This document shows positions 45,227 to 55,484 of a stretch of DNA of 64,000 nt, piece by piece. The stretch is from NCBI GenBank assembly GCA_963793265.1, contig CAWBZI010000001.1:1056001-1120000 (forward strand). The letters run 5' to 3'. This DNA is from an uncultured cyanobacterium (lineage in GTDB: Bacteria; Cyanobacteriota; Cyanobacteriia; Phormidesmidales; Phormidesmidaceae). The notes below the pieces were generated by a model. That model did not search any database. It was not told where the DNA came from and saw only the letters and a program-made list of their open reading frames with translations. Position 1 is the first letter of the stretch; each line of letters starts with the position of its first letter. The translations under genes and the position numbers were made by a program.

Positions 45227-46453
45227 ATGCAGATATACCTCGATTACAGTGCGACCACGCCCCCTAGAGCAGAAGCGATCGCCGCGATGAATGCCGCGAT
45301 GGTGCAGCACTGGGGAAACGCATCGAGCCTGCATCACTGGGGAAATCGAGCGGCTACCGCACTAGAGCGATCGCGCCAGCAGGTTGCCGAACTCATCAAC
45401 GCGCCTGCTGCTGAATCTGTCATCTTCACAGCAGGCGGCAGCGAGGCAAATAATCTGGCCTTACTCGGCACAGCTCAACGGTTTGTACAGCCGCAACACC
45501 TGATCATTTCAGCAGTTGAGCACTCAGCCGTCAGTGAGCCCGCCCGTCATTTAGAAGCGCAAGGCTGGACGGTCACTCGTTTACCCGTTAACCCACGTGG
45601 GGCCGTGAGTCCCGATCGGCTCAGAGCGGCGCTGCGGTCAAATACGGCGCTAGTTTCTATTATTTATGGACAGAGTGAGATTGGGACGTTGCAGCCGATC
45701 GCTGAGCTAGGGGCGATCGCTCGCGCCCATGGCGCACTGTTTCACACCGACGCCGTTCAGGTCGCTGGTCGCCTGCCGATAGATGTGCAAACGCTGCCAG
45801 TAGACTTGCTTTCGCTCTCCAGCCATAAAATCTACGGGCCGCAGGGTGCCGGTGCGTTATATATCAGCCCAAACCTCGCCCCCGGCCAGCAACCGATGCC
45901 GATCATTTCAGGCGGTGGTCAGGAGCAGGGGCTGCGCTCCGGGACTCAGGCTATTCCCAATATTGCAGGCTTTGGGGCGGCGGCTGAGCTAGTAAACGCT
46001 GAGCTAGCTAGCGAAACGCTGAGGCTGATCCATTTGCGCGATCGCTTTTTCACGCTAATGGCTGATGTGTCTGAGCTTGTACCAACTGGGGATTTGCGCG
46101 ATCGCCTCCCGCATCACATCAGCTTTTGCATCCCGCACCAGCCAGCCGAAACCCTCATCACCGGAAAATCAATCGTGCGGCAAATGAACTTAGCAGGCAT
46201 CGGCATCAGCGCCGGGTCGGCCTGTCATAGCGGGCAGCTCAGCCCCAGCCCCATTTTGCAGGCGATCGGCTACGACGACACCACCGCCAAAAGCGGCATT
46301 CGCCTAACCCTGGGGCGACACACCACCGAGGCCGATGTAGACTGGAGCGCCCTCGTTCTTAAACAGGTCTTGGCGCGTAGCCTCCCTATGCAGGGCCCAT
46401 CTATAGAGAAGTCACTCATACCTACCGCGCAGCTAAACCCTCTGCACGCTTAA
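45227..46453 (+). CDS. Cysteine desulfurase (IscS/NifS family)
   Basis: YLDYSATTP, HTDAVQ, SSHKIYGPQG, SAGSACHS. Confidence 0.93.
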   Translation: MQIYLDYSATTPPRAEAIAAMNAAMVQHWGNASSLHHWGNRAATALERSRQQVAELINAPAAESVIFTAGGSEANNLALLGTAQRFVQPQHLIISAVEHSAVSEPARHLEAQGWTVTRLPVNPRGAVSPDRLRAALRSNTALVSIIYGQSEIGTLQPIAELGAIARAHGALFHTDAVQVAGRLPIDVQTLPVDLLSLSSHKIYGPQGAGALYISPNLAPGQQPMPIISGGGQEQGLRSGTQAIPNIAGFGAAAELVNAELASETLRLIHLRDRFFTLMADVSELVPTGDLRDRLPHHISFCIPHQPAETLITGKSIVRQMNLAGIGISAGSACHSGQLSPSPILQAIGYDDTTAKSGIRLTLGRHTTEADVDWSALVLKQVLARSLPMQGPSIEKSLIPTAQLNPLHA

Positions 46454-46542
46454 TCGAAAGGCCGATAAGCGTCCAAAGATCGCTAGTATTACAACCAGCC
46501 CCCTCTAAACTCAAAGCAAAAAAGCCCAACCGCTAAAAAGCC

Positions 46543-47335
46543 ATGGACTCTAACCCTTCTGCTTCACCTGAAACGCCCTCCTCAGAGCCTACTGCAACCA
46601 TTCCAAGCAGCCTTCCCGTCGCCACCGAGCAGGCCAAAGCCGCCGTGCTAGCTGCGCTCAAAGATGGTTATGCGCGGCTTCAGGTAGAAATGGCGATTCC
46701 TGAAATTAAGCACCAGCCAATTGCAGAGCAGTTTCTAGAAATTTTTGAGCAGCAGCAGTTTAAGGTCTTTTTCCCGGATGCAGGGGCCGCGGCACTGGCT
46801 CGTCGGGACTGGGGCAATCCTGACTTTACAATTAAAGGCTTAGGCGAACTCATCGAACCAGTAGATGCAGACGATGATATCTATTTGGTCGTTAATCCGT
46901 CTTCTATTGAAGTTGCCGCCGTTGAGTCACTGTGCGACCAGGCGACAGACCAGCCGGTAGTGCTGCTTAATCCGCAGCTAGAGGACGTGGCGATTGTCGG
47001 AATTGGCTACGCGGCCAGACAGATTAGGGAACGATTTTTAAGCCAAATTGAGACGTGCTACTACCTCCGACCCATTGAAAACGCAGCCGTTTATCGCTGC
47101 TACCCCGGCCCCTGGCAAATCTGGCGCGAAACGACGCCCGATCAGTATGAGCTGGTGAGCGATTTGCCCAGTCGGCCTTCAGGTGAAGACATTGACCGTA
47201 TATTAGGCGGCGAAGAGGATGACATCAGCACTGATGGGCCAAAGTGCTGAGGGTCAGAGCAAGGCGAAAAAGGGAGGCCGAAAGAAAGGTATTTTTGCAG
47301 AGCTTCAGCAGTTTTTGAAGGCGTTGAGCCAATAG
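46543..47335 (+). CDS. DUF1995 family protein, +1 frameshift near 47238
   Basis: FPDAGAAALARRDW, LNPQLED, GIGYAARQIRERF; +1 frame gives ...KKGIFAELQQFLKALSQ* ending 3 nt before the next ATG. Confidence 0.82.
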
Positions 47336-47338
47336 ACG

Positions 47339-47938
47339 ATGGCACTGATTATTCTTTACTGGGCGCTGATTGTCGTCATGCTAGTAGGGCTGGTGGGCTC
47401 CTTTGTGCCTGCGCTGCCTGGAATTGGACTGATTGTGGTAGCGATCGCAATCTGGACAGTTGCCACTGGAGGAGCGGCCCTGAACTGGGCATTGGGAACT
47501 GCGATCGCTGCTCTTGTCCTCAGCATCTTCGTCAACTACCTAGCCACCTACTTTGGGGCTAAAAAAGTAGGAGCCAGCAGTTGGGGTCAGGCCGGAGCCA
47601 TCATTGGGCTCTTTGCCGGGTTCTTAGGTCTGCTGCCTTTTTTACCGGTCGGCGGCCCGCTACTAGGCGTACTGGTCGGCACAATGTTAGGCGCGTTTAT
47701 TGGAGAATTCAGCTATCGCAAAGAGCTAGCGGTTACGCCACGGCTCAAGTTTGCCAGCAAGGTGAGCATTGCCGTAGTCGTCAGTTCGCTGATTGGTACG
47801 ATTATCGAAGGATTGCTCGCGCTTACAGCGATTGTCGTTTTTGTATTTACCACGTGGTCAACGGTGCCGCCGCTTACTGTATCTTGGCCAGCGCTGCCGT
47901 GGTCAGGCGTTCAGGCGGCTGTTTTGTCTCTCTTTTAG
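47339..47938 (+). CDS. DUF456 family membrane protein
   Basis: VPALPG, GAKKVGASSWG, GAFIGE. Confidence 0.88.
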   Translation: MALIILYWALIVVMLVGLVGSFVPALPGIGLIVVAIAIWTVATGGAALNWALGTAIAALVLSIFVNYLATYFGAKKVGASSWGQAGAIIGLFAGFLGLLPFLPVGGPLLGVLVGTMLGAFIGEFSYRKELAVTPRLKFASKVSIAVVVSSLIGTIIEGLLALTAIVVFVFTTWSTVPPLTVSWPALPWSGVQAAVLSLF

Positions 47939-48141
47939 ACCATATTGTTCGGCCTATTACTGAAGCCGGTATCATTTGCTTCAGTATTATTTCACCCGGT
48001 TTAACGCTGCCTACTTTACCAAATCTTTTCGGAAGTTCGTTATTTCGGTCAAAGCAGCTAGTTTAGAAACATACGTTAAGCCATAAACATCTTAAATTTA
48101 AGGAAGATTCAGCATTTGCACGGAAGCGGGTTTCATCCCTA

Positions 48142-48921
48142 ATGGTAGCTAAGATAACGCCAGCTCATATTATGTCGGCCAGAGCATCGTCCAAAGCAAA
48201 AGTCGCGATCGCCCAACCGGCAACCACACCCGTTGTCGAAACACACTTCGCCATTTTGCAACTTGGCGTATCTATCTGGAATCAATGGCGAGCCAGCGAG
48301 CCCCTCACTCGGCCAAACTTACGCAAAGCCAATCTCGCTGGCCTTCACCTGGAAAACGTCAACCTTTGTCGGGCCGACCTCAGACAAACCAACCTCAGCA
48401 ACGCCTACCTGTACGACGCAGACTTTCAAGAGGCTGATTTGCGGGGCGCTAACCTCACGCGCGCGGGTTTAATTGGCGCTAACTTGCACAAAGCCAACGT
48501 ATCAGGGGCGGTGTTAAAGCACGCCTACTTAGCACAAAGCGATCTGAGCCAGGCAAATTTCACCAGTGCACGCCTACAAAAAGCAGATCTGCAATCGGCT
48601 TTGCTCACTAATACCATCTTTGACCGCACCCGTCTTGCCGAAGCTGAGCTAACCGGCAGTTTTGATCTCACCAAAGCTCAGCTAGAGAGCGCCAGAGGTG
48701 TTCACTTAGCCTGTTTTGATGCCGCTTTGAAAGTAGAGCTAGGCTTAGCACCCGATGAGCTAGCAGATCGTGAGCTGGCGGATGATGCGGTCGTAGAAGA
48801 AAGATACGAACTGCCGAGCCGTCGACCTTCGCATAAACACAGAGAGTATAAACACACGGAGCATAGACACGCAGATAGCCAAAAGGTAGGCGTTAGGCAG
48901 TCGGTCTTAGCGTCAACTTAA
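48142..48921 (+). CDS. Pentapeptide repeat protein
   Basis: GVSIWNQWR followed by A(D/N)Lxx repeats. Confidence 0.92.
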   Translation: MVAKITPAHIMSARASSKAKVAIAQPATTPVVETHFAILQLGVSIWNQWRASEPLTRPNLRKANLAGLHLENVNLCRADLRQTNLSNAYLYDADFQEADLRGANLTRAGLIGANLHKANVSGAVLKHAYLAQSDLSQANFTSARLQKADLQSALLTNTIFDRTRLAEAELTGSFDLTKAQLESARGVHLACFDAALKVELGLAPDELADRELADDAVVEERYELPSRRPSHKHREYKHTEHRHADSQKVGVRQSVLAST

Positions 48922-48961
48922 GCGCGTATGCCTCAAAACAAACGCTCTAACGACACTAAAC

Positions 48962-50164
48962 TCAAACCGTAACCGGTTCACTGCTGTAGCGAATGTTAGC
49001 TTGTCTCAATCGGTCTACGGCTTCTGCTAGGCGATCGCACTCTGCAATCAAACTAATTCGCACGTAGCCCTCACCGCCCTCACCAAACGCCGTGCCTGGA
49101 GTAACCACCACGCCCGTCTTTTGCAGCAGCATAAAAGCAAACTCAGCCGAGCTAAGCCCCGGCGGACACTCCACCCACAGGTACATCGCCGCTGTCGGCT
49201 TCGGCACATCCCAGCCCAAAGTCGCCAGCTCCTTGACCAAAAAGTCGCGGCGCGTGCGATAGCGTAGCTGCACCTCTTCCAAATAGCGATCGGGCAGTTC
49301 TAGCGCCGCTTCAGCCGCCTTTTGCAGCGCGGAAAAGATGCCGTAGTCTAGATTGGTTTTCAGCGTCCGCAGCCCTTGAATGACGTGGCGATTGCCCACC
49401 ACAAACCCCACTCGCCAACCCGCCATATTGTAGGTTTTAGACAGCGTATGGAACTCTACGCTGATGTCTTTGGCACCTGGAATCTCTAGCAAGCTCGTCG
49501 GCTGATAGCCGTCGAAGGCTAGCTCGGCATAGCAAAGATCGTGGATCAGTAAGATCTGGTGGCGATGGCCAAACGCCACCATTTCCTCGAAGAACTCTCT
49601 TGGGGCAACCGCGCCCGTTGGATTATTGGGATAGTTGAAGTAGAGCACCTTGGCCTTATTTGCCAAGTCTTCAGGAATATCGTTGAAGTCGATAATCCAG
49701 TTGTTTTCAGCCTTAAGTGGAATGGTGCGGATGTCGGCACCCGCGATCGCAGGCCCCCGAAAGTGCGCCGGGTAAGCAGGCGTCGGCACCAGCACCACAT
49801 CACCAGGATCAATATAGGCCATCGCCAAATGACCCAGCCCTTCTTTAGAGCCCATCAGCGGCAGCGCCTCACCGTCAGGATCTAAAGAAACCCCATAGCG
49901 CCGGTAATACCAGCTCGTAATCGTTTTGCGAAAGCCCGCCGTGCCTTCAAAAGGCGGATAGCCGTGGTTGCTTTCATCTTTAATTGCCGCGATCGCTGCT
50001 TCTATCACAGGCTCAGGCGTCGGCCCCCCCGGATTGCCCATGCCCAAATCAATCAAATCGACCCCTTCTGCCCTGGCATTTGCCTTCAGCTCATCTAGCC
50101 GGGCAAACACATAAGGGGGCAGCGAGTCCAGCCGTTCAGCCGGTTTCAACCAGTCTAGAGTCAT
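48962..50164 (-). CDS. Class I/II PLP aminotransferase (aspartate / LL-DAP aminotransferase-like)
   Basis: NYPNNPTG, DLCY, TLSKTYNMAGWRVG. Confidence 0.92.
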   Translation of the reverse strand: MTLDWLKPAERLDSLPPYVFARLDELKANARAEGVDLIDLGMGNPGGPTPEPVIEAAIAAIKDESNHGYPPFEGTAGFRKTITSWYYRRYGVSLDPDGEALPLMGSKEGLGHLAMAYIDPGDVVLVPTPAYPAHFRGPAIAGADIRTIPLKAENNWIIDFNDIPEDLANKAKVLYFNYPNNPTGAVAPREFFEEMVAFGHRHQILLIHDLCYAELAFDGYQPTSLLEIPGAKDISVEFHTLSKTYNMAGWRVGFVVGNRHVIQGLRTLKTNLDYGIFSALQKAAEAALELPDRYLEEVQLRYRTRRDFLVKELATLGWDVPKPTAAMYLWVECPPGLSSAEFAFMLLQKTGVVVTPGTAFGEGGEGYVRISLIAECDRLAEAVDRLRQANIRYSSEPVTV

Positions 50165-50203
50165 CGAAAAGCTACCTCTTTAAGCCTCAACACCAACCGT
50201 ATA

Positions 50204-51367
50204 TTATTTCGCCCCGCGACCATAGCTAGACGTTGCGGTCTTTTTAGCAGCAGTCTTTGGGGCAACAGATGCCGTGCTACTACCGATAGGCGCAGTCGTT
50301 GAAACCATCGCCGCCATTAGCTGCTCAGGCGAAACGCTAAAAGGCAGGCGATGAATATCTGAATTGGGCTCACAGGCGATCGCAGCAGCCTTTCGTAGCT
50401 GCTGCACTGTCAGCTTATCCATATCCATATCGGCCAAAGACACCGGCAGATTCAGCTCGCGGTAAAACTGCAAAAGCTGATGCCGAGCCGTCGCTGCTAG
50501 CGCATTACCAGGCCCCGTTTCTTCTAAACGAAGCTGCACCAAAATACCGTAGGCAACCTTTTCACCATGCAGCGTGCCGTGCGCCGATACGTGCGTCAGG
50601 CCATTGTGCACCGCATGAGCAGCCACCGTCCGGCACTGCGCGCCGCCCATGCCACCAACCACACCCGCCATCAGCACCGCCGCATCGACCACTTCTTTCC
50701 AGTCGTCGCTACCCGGATTCTCCAGCGCTGCCGCTGACTTTTGAAACAAAATATCGCGCAGCACCCTGGCCTGCTGCACCGCCCCAATTACCATCGTGTG
50801 CGTAGAGTGACCGCTGCTAACAGAGGCTTCATACCATTTAGCGATCGCATCTCCAATCCCAGCCACCAGCGTTTGCACCGGAGCCGTCGCCACCAAATCG
50901 TAGTCCAGCACAATCATCTCAGGGCAGCGCGGCAGCGTCACGTCATACAAAAAAGCACCGTCATCAGAATACACGTTTGACAGCGCCGTCCAGCCCGCAC
51001 AGGTCGCTGCTGAAGTCGGCACCGTCGCAATTGGAAGCTGCCTTTGGTGTGCCAGTAGCTTAGCGGCATCTAGTGCTTTACCACCGCCTACGCCGATAAT
51101 GCAGTCAGCGCTGTGGGCTTCCGCCGCCGCGTGTAGCCTGGTCAAAGCCGTTTCGCTACAGTCGGTTTGATAGGTCGCTGTTGCCACCGCAAGGGGTTTG
51201 AGTGATCGCTTCAAAAAAGGCATCGCCGCAGGTAGAGAATGAGGCCCACCAATGATGAGCGATCGCCTACCCAAACGCTCAAACAGCCCTTCATTTGCCA
51301 GCACGCCATTGCCCCGAATGACCTGAGCGGGCGCAATATTCAAAATCGGGAAAGTAGATAGGGCCAT
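50204..51367 (-). CDS. Iron-containing alcohol / glycerol dehydrogenase family
   Basis: GVGGGKALD, PTSAATCA, AAHAVHNGLT, HGEKVAYG. Confidence 0.92.
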   Translation of the reverse strand: MALSTFPILNIAPAQVIRGNGVLANEGLFERLGRRSLIIGGPHSLPAAMPFLKRSLKPLAVATATYQTDCSETALTRLHAAAEAHSADCIIGVGGGKALDAAKLLAHQRQLPIATVPTSAATCAGWTALSNVYSDDGAFLYDVTLPRCPEMIVLDYDLVATAPVQTLVAGIGDAIAKWYEASVSSGHSTHTMVIGAVQQARVLRDILFQKSAAALENPGSDDWKEVVDAAVLMAGVVGGMGGAQCRTVAAHAVHNGLTHVSAHGTLHGEKVAYGILVQLRLEETGPGNALAATARHQLLQFYRELNLPVSLADMDMDKLTVQQLRKAAAIACEPNSDIHRLPFSVSPEQLMAAMVSTTAPIGSSTASVAPKTAAKKTATSSYGRGAK

Positions 51368-51413
51368 CAAACGCCTGCTCAAATGTCTGTTTTAGTCGTT
51401 TCGCATCTCTAAA

Positions 51414-51935
51414 TTATGACGCAGCTGCATTTATCTTGGCTAACTGGTCTGGGTAAATTTCCACCCTTGGCGCGCGCTCCTCAGGCGTTTTACCCTGCTG
51501 CGGCGTCACCCGGCCCACATACACTAGCTCCGAAGCGCCGTCTTTGTGCACCATCCCTCTGGCCCGAATGCTTGGGGTCACCTGCCCCGGCCCGCCAATT
51601 CGACTAGGCTTAAACAAATTACTCGCCGCCTGCTGAAGGGTCGCCTCCAGCTCAGTTTGGCTAATCTCATTAGGCACGGTAATCACCACCTGCGACGAGC
51701 CCGAATCAAAGACCGTTGTATAGGGCAGTGCCCCCGGAATCGCCGTTCGCATCAACGGCTGAAAGCTGAGGCCAAATAGGCCCACCGTAAGCACGCCCAT
51801 AATGCCAGTCGCCCCCACCAGCCGAAAGCGAAAGCCCCACTTGAGCAAAAAAGCCAGTGCCGTCACGATGCCAAATGCGAGCGTAGTTGCAGCCGACCAG
51901 CCAGTGGCCTCAAGAAACTGTCCAGGGGAGATCAT
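51414..51935 (-). CDS. ycf51: Ycf51 family protein
   Basis: WGFRFRLVGATG, PGALPY..VFD, LEATLQQAASNL. Confidence 0.88.
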   Translation of the reverse strand: MISPGQFLEATGWSAATTLAFGIVTALAFLLKWGFRFRLVGATGIMGVLTVGLFGLSFQPLMRTAIPGALPYTTVFDSGSSQVVITVPNEISQTELEATLQQAASNLFKPSRIGGPGQVTPSIRARGMVHKDGASELVYVGRVTPQQGKTPEERAPRVEIYPDQLAKINAAAS

Positions 51936-52058
51936 AAAAACCGTTTAAATGCTGAGCTGCCTTCGATTATAGAGTTCTCGCTCCCACATCGATGCAAGGT
52001 TATATCAACTTAATTAGGGATAACTAAATCTAAGCAACGCTTCTTAAGGCAACCTACC

Positions 52059-53483
52059 GTGCCCTTCCAAACTCGGTTCCGATTTTCTCGGTGGCGCTGG
52101 ATTCTGCTATTCGTTTTCTGCTTAGTCTTAGCGCTCAGCATCAACCTCAGGCCACAGACAGACCTGTCGTCAACGCTTCAGCCTGCGGTTCCACTACTTC
52201 CTCAAGATCCTGACGTGCAGGTTTTCTTCAACCAGTCCGAAGCAAATGTCTATACCGATCCTTATCGTCACATCACCCGCTATGGAGACGACCTTGAGCA
52301 GGTAATTGTTACCGCTATTGACCAAGCCACTCAGTCAGTTGATGTTGCGGTTCAAGCGTTCAATCTTCCACGGATTGCTCAGGCGCTAGTTGAGAGTGCT
52401 CAGCGCGGTGTGAGCGTACGCCTCGTGTTAGAAAACCAGTATGCCAATCCGAAGACAGATGATGAGCTTGTTAAGCAGCAAACGGCTTGGATGGCGATCG
52501 CAGATATCGACCAGAATGGCACCGTCACGTTAGCAGAGAGTGATCGCGCTGATGCCCTCAAAATACTACGCACCGCCGACATTCCCCTCATAGACGACAC
52601 CGCTGACGGCTCAAAGGGCAGCGGCCTTATGCACCACAAATTCATCGTCATAGACGGCCAGCAGGTACTAACCGGCTCAGCTAACCTGACGCTATCCGGC
52701 ATTCATGGCGATGGTGACGAGCCCGAAAGCAGAGGCAACGCCAACGCGCTACTCAAAATTAATAGCGCTACTCTTGCCAGTCACTTCACAGATGAGTTCA
52801 ACGAAATGTGGGGCGATGGGCCCAGGAAGCAGCCCGACAGTCGCTTCGGCCTGCAAAAAAGCCAGCGCTCAGCCCAGCAAATCGCACTGCCTAACAACGG
52901 CGCGAGCAGCACCATTACCCTCCAATTCTCACCGCTATCTGCCAGCCAGCCATGGATAAGCAGCGGCAACGGCCTGATCGCTAAGACACTCAGCCAGGCT
53001 TCACGCAGCGTTGATCTAGCGCTCTTCGTTTTCTCAGAGCAGCGCATTGCCAATCAGCTAGAAGCGCAGGTTCAAACGGGTGTTGCCCTACGCGGGCTCA
53101 TTGAGCCTACGTTTGCCTATCGCAGCTATAGCGAAGCGCTAGATATGCTAGGCGTCACGATTCTCGATCGCCGCTGCCGCATAGAAGCTGACAATAATCC
53201 CTGGGAACGGCCCATAAAGTCAGTTGGCCTACCGCACCTGCTTGCAGGTGACAAGCTCCATCACAAATTTGCCATCATCGATGGCAAAACGGTCATCGTG
53301 GGCTCTCACAACTGGAGCCATGCAGCTAATACGCAGAATGACGAGACAATATTAATCCTTGAAAACAAAACGGTCGCGGCTCATTTCAACCGAGAATTTG
53401 AAAGGCTATATCGAGACGCCGCGCTCGGACAAACCGATAAACTCCGGTACAAAATTGAGCAGGCCCAGCAGCGCTGCATGTAA
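52059..53483 (+). CDS. Phospholipase D-superfamily protein (two HKD motifs; competence ComA-like nuclease part)
   Basis: MHHKFIVID and LHHKFAIID motifs, GSANL/GSHNW, N-terminal TM. Confidence 0.85.
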   Translation: MPFQTRFRFSRWRWILLFVFCLVLALSINLRPQTDLSSTLQPAVPLLPQDPDVQVFFNQSEANVYTDPYRHITRYGDDLEQVIVTAIDQATQSVDVAVQAFNLPRIAQALVESAQRGVSVRLVLENQYANPKTDDELVKQQTAWMAIADIDQNGTVTLAESDRADALKILRTADIPLIDDTADGSKGSGLMHHKFIVIDGQQVLTGSANLTLSGIHGDGDEPESRGNANALLKINSATLASHFTDEFNEMWGDGPRKQPDSRFGLQKSQRSAQQIALPNNGASSTITLQFSPLSASQPWISSGNGLIAKTLSQASRSVDLALFVFSEQRIANQLEAQVQTGVALRGLIEPTFAYRSYSEALDMLGVTILDRRCRIEADNNPWERPIKSVGLPHLLAGDKLHHKFAIIDGKTVIVGSHNWSHAANTQNDETILILENKTVAAHFNREFERLYRDAALGQTDKLRYKIEQAQQRCM

Positions 53484-54203
53484 CCCTTACGATGTCCTCA
53501 AAAACGGATTAATAGCTGATACCGTTGCGAAAAGTGATCAAAGTCACGGAGGCAAGCCTTAAAAACGACTTTTATCAAACTTCTGGCACAGAGCCCTCCG
53601 GCTGTTAGCACAAGATCACTGAATATGTCATTGGTGTTTACTACGGTATTCGCGCATGTAAGAGCCAAAAGATCTTCATTCTTTTCTTTCTATGAAAAGA
53701 ATTACTTTCAAGGTTTCCACAACAGTTAGACAGCATTCAAATCGTGCAACAGGTAGCATTTAAAGGCTTTTGAATAAAGGCTTTTGAACAATGCACGCCT
53801 TCGCAAGGCCATTTTTGGCAAGTCTGCTTCAGCGAACGTCTACACAATTCGTAAGGCTGATAAAGACCAGGTAAAAATCTTCGTGAGGCTCTGTCAATCA
53901 GCGGTAATGCTTAGTTGAATATATTTAGTGATGCAGCAGCTTCGTTTTAGAAACATATTTTTTATGGGGTCATTACTGAGCTTTTGAACATATTTCTCAT
54001 CACCCAAGCGAAGTTAGGAAAAGTCACCGCCAAGTCAAACTCGAGCTTTGAATACCGGTCACATTCGAAGGACTTAGCGACTTTTTCGTATTCTATTTTG
54101 ATTTTGTATAGCGTGATCGCCATTTGAACGTCTGTCTTTTGTTTGTGCTTTATCTCCTGTTGCGTCCATTTATAACCGTGCTTAAACCAGGCATATAAAT
54201 CTC

Positions 54204-55463
54204 GTGAAAAAACTATCGATCTTAGGCTGCCGTGGAATTCCTGGAAATCATGGAGGCTTTGAAACGTTTGCAGAACGGCTCTCTCGTTATCTGGTCGGCA
54301 GAGGCTGGCAGGTCACCGTCTACTGCGAACACTACACTGGCAAGCAAGTCTCTGAAGAATACTGGAACGGTATTCGCCTTGTTCATATTCCAGTGGCAGA
54401 GGCCAGCGCAGTCGGCACTATCGTATTCGACTGGAAATCAACGCTTCACGCTGCCCGCGAAGGCAACCTCATTCTCACATTGGGATACAACACCGCAATT
54501 TTCTGCGTCTGGTACCGACTCAAAGGGCTCACAAACGTTATTAATATGGACGGCTTGGAGTGGCGCAGGCAGAAGTGGAGCACGCCTGAAAAAGCATGGC
54601 TATACCTTAACGAGCGCTTCGGCTGCTGGTTTGGCAACCACCTTGTCGCAGACCATCCCGAAATTGAAAATCACTTGGCCACTCGGGTGTCTCGGCGCAA
54701 AATCACCATGATTCCATACGGCGCTGAGCGTGTCGGCAGAGCCAATGCCAAGCTGCTAGAACAGTACCAGCTCACGCCTGGCAACTACTCCATCGTTATC
54801 GCTAGGCCCGAGCCCGAGAACAACATTCTAGAGATTGTGGCGGCTTTCTCTAGCCGCCATAGGGGCGAGAAACTTGTTGTTTTAGGTAACTATCGCCCCC
54901 TCGAAAACGACTACCACAAGCAGGTATTAGAGGCCGCTAGCGATGAGGTCTTCTTCCCTGGCGGAATCTACGACCAGGCCACCGTGGGCGCGCTCAGATA
55001 CTACGCAGCGCTCTACGTTCACGGACACTCAGTAGGTGGCACAAATCCGTCTTTGGTAGAAGCGCTTGGCGCAGGCGCATCGGTTCTGGCGCACGACAAT
55101 CACTTCAATCGGTGGGTGGCAGGGCCAGGCGCTCGCTACTTTGGCAATGAAGCTGACTGCGCTAGCGCTTTTGATGAGCTACTAGGCGATCGCGAAGCCC
55201 TGCGTAAAATGAAGCAGGCCAGCCTCCAACGGTTCACAGAAGGCTTTTTAGCAGAGATTGAGTGCGGCGCTTATGAAGACCTTCTAGAGCGAGCGGGTGA
55301 CGGCGGTCTATCGGGCTCTATGCCTAAGCCTTTGAAAAAACAGACTGCTTACAAAAGTGTGCCGGTCGGAACCACGCGTCATCGCTTCAGTCGAAATCTT
55401 CTTAGCAAACCAAATCTTCTGAGTAAAAAAGCGATTAAAGTGCTGTCGGCGCTGAAGAACTAA
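54204..55463 (+). CDS. Glycosyltransferase (GT4, DUF1972 N-terminal domain)
   Basis: GCRGIPGNHGGFETFAE, NMDGLEWRRQKW, HGHSVGGTNPSLVEA. Confidence 0.92.
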   Translation: MKKLSILGCRGIPGNHGGFETFAERLSRYLVGRGWQVTVYCEHYTGKQVSEEYWNGIRLVHIPVAEASAVGTIVFDWKSTLHAAREGNLILTLGYNTAIFCVWYRLKGLTNVINMDGLEWRRQKWSTPEKAWLYLNERFGCWFGNHLVADHPEIENHLATRVSRRKITMIPYGAERVGRANAKLLEQYQLTPGNYSIVIARPEPENNILEIVAAFSSRHRGEKLVVLGNYRPLENDYHKQVLEAASDEVFFPGGIYDQATVGALRYYAALYVHGHSVGGTNPSLVEALGAGASVLAHDNHFNRWVAGPGARYFGNEADCASAFDELLGDREALRKMKQASLQRFTEGFLAEIECGAYEDLLERAGDGGLSGSMPKPLKKQTAYKSVPVGTTRHRFSRNLLSKPNLLSKKAIKVLSALKN

Positions 55464-55484
55464 AAGATTTGGCGCTAGCGCGCG

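Noticed and set aside
44840..47335. Programmed ribosomal frameshifting at the two +1 shifts
   Set aside because: No slippery motif or stimulatory structure seen; assembly error or recent mutation is simpler
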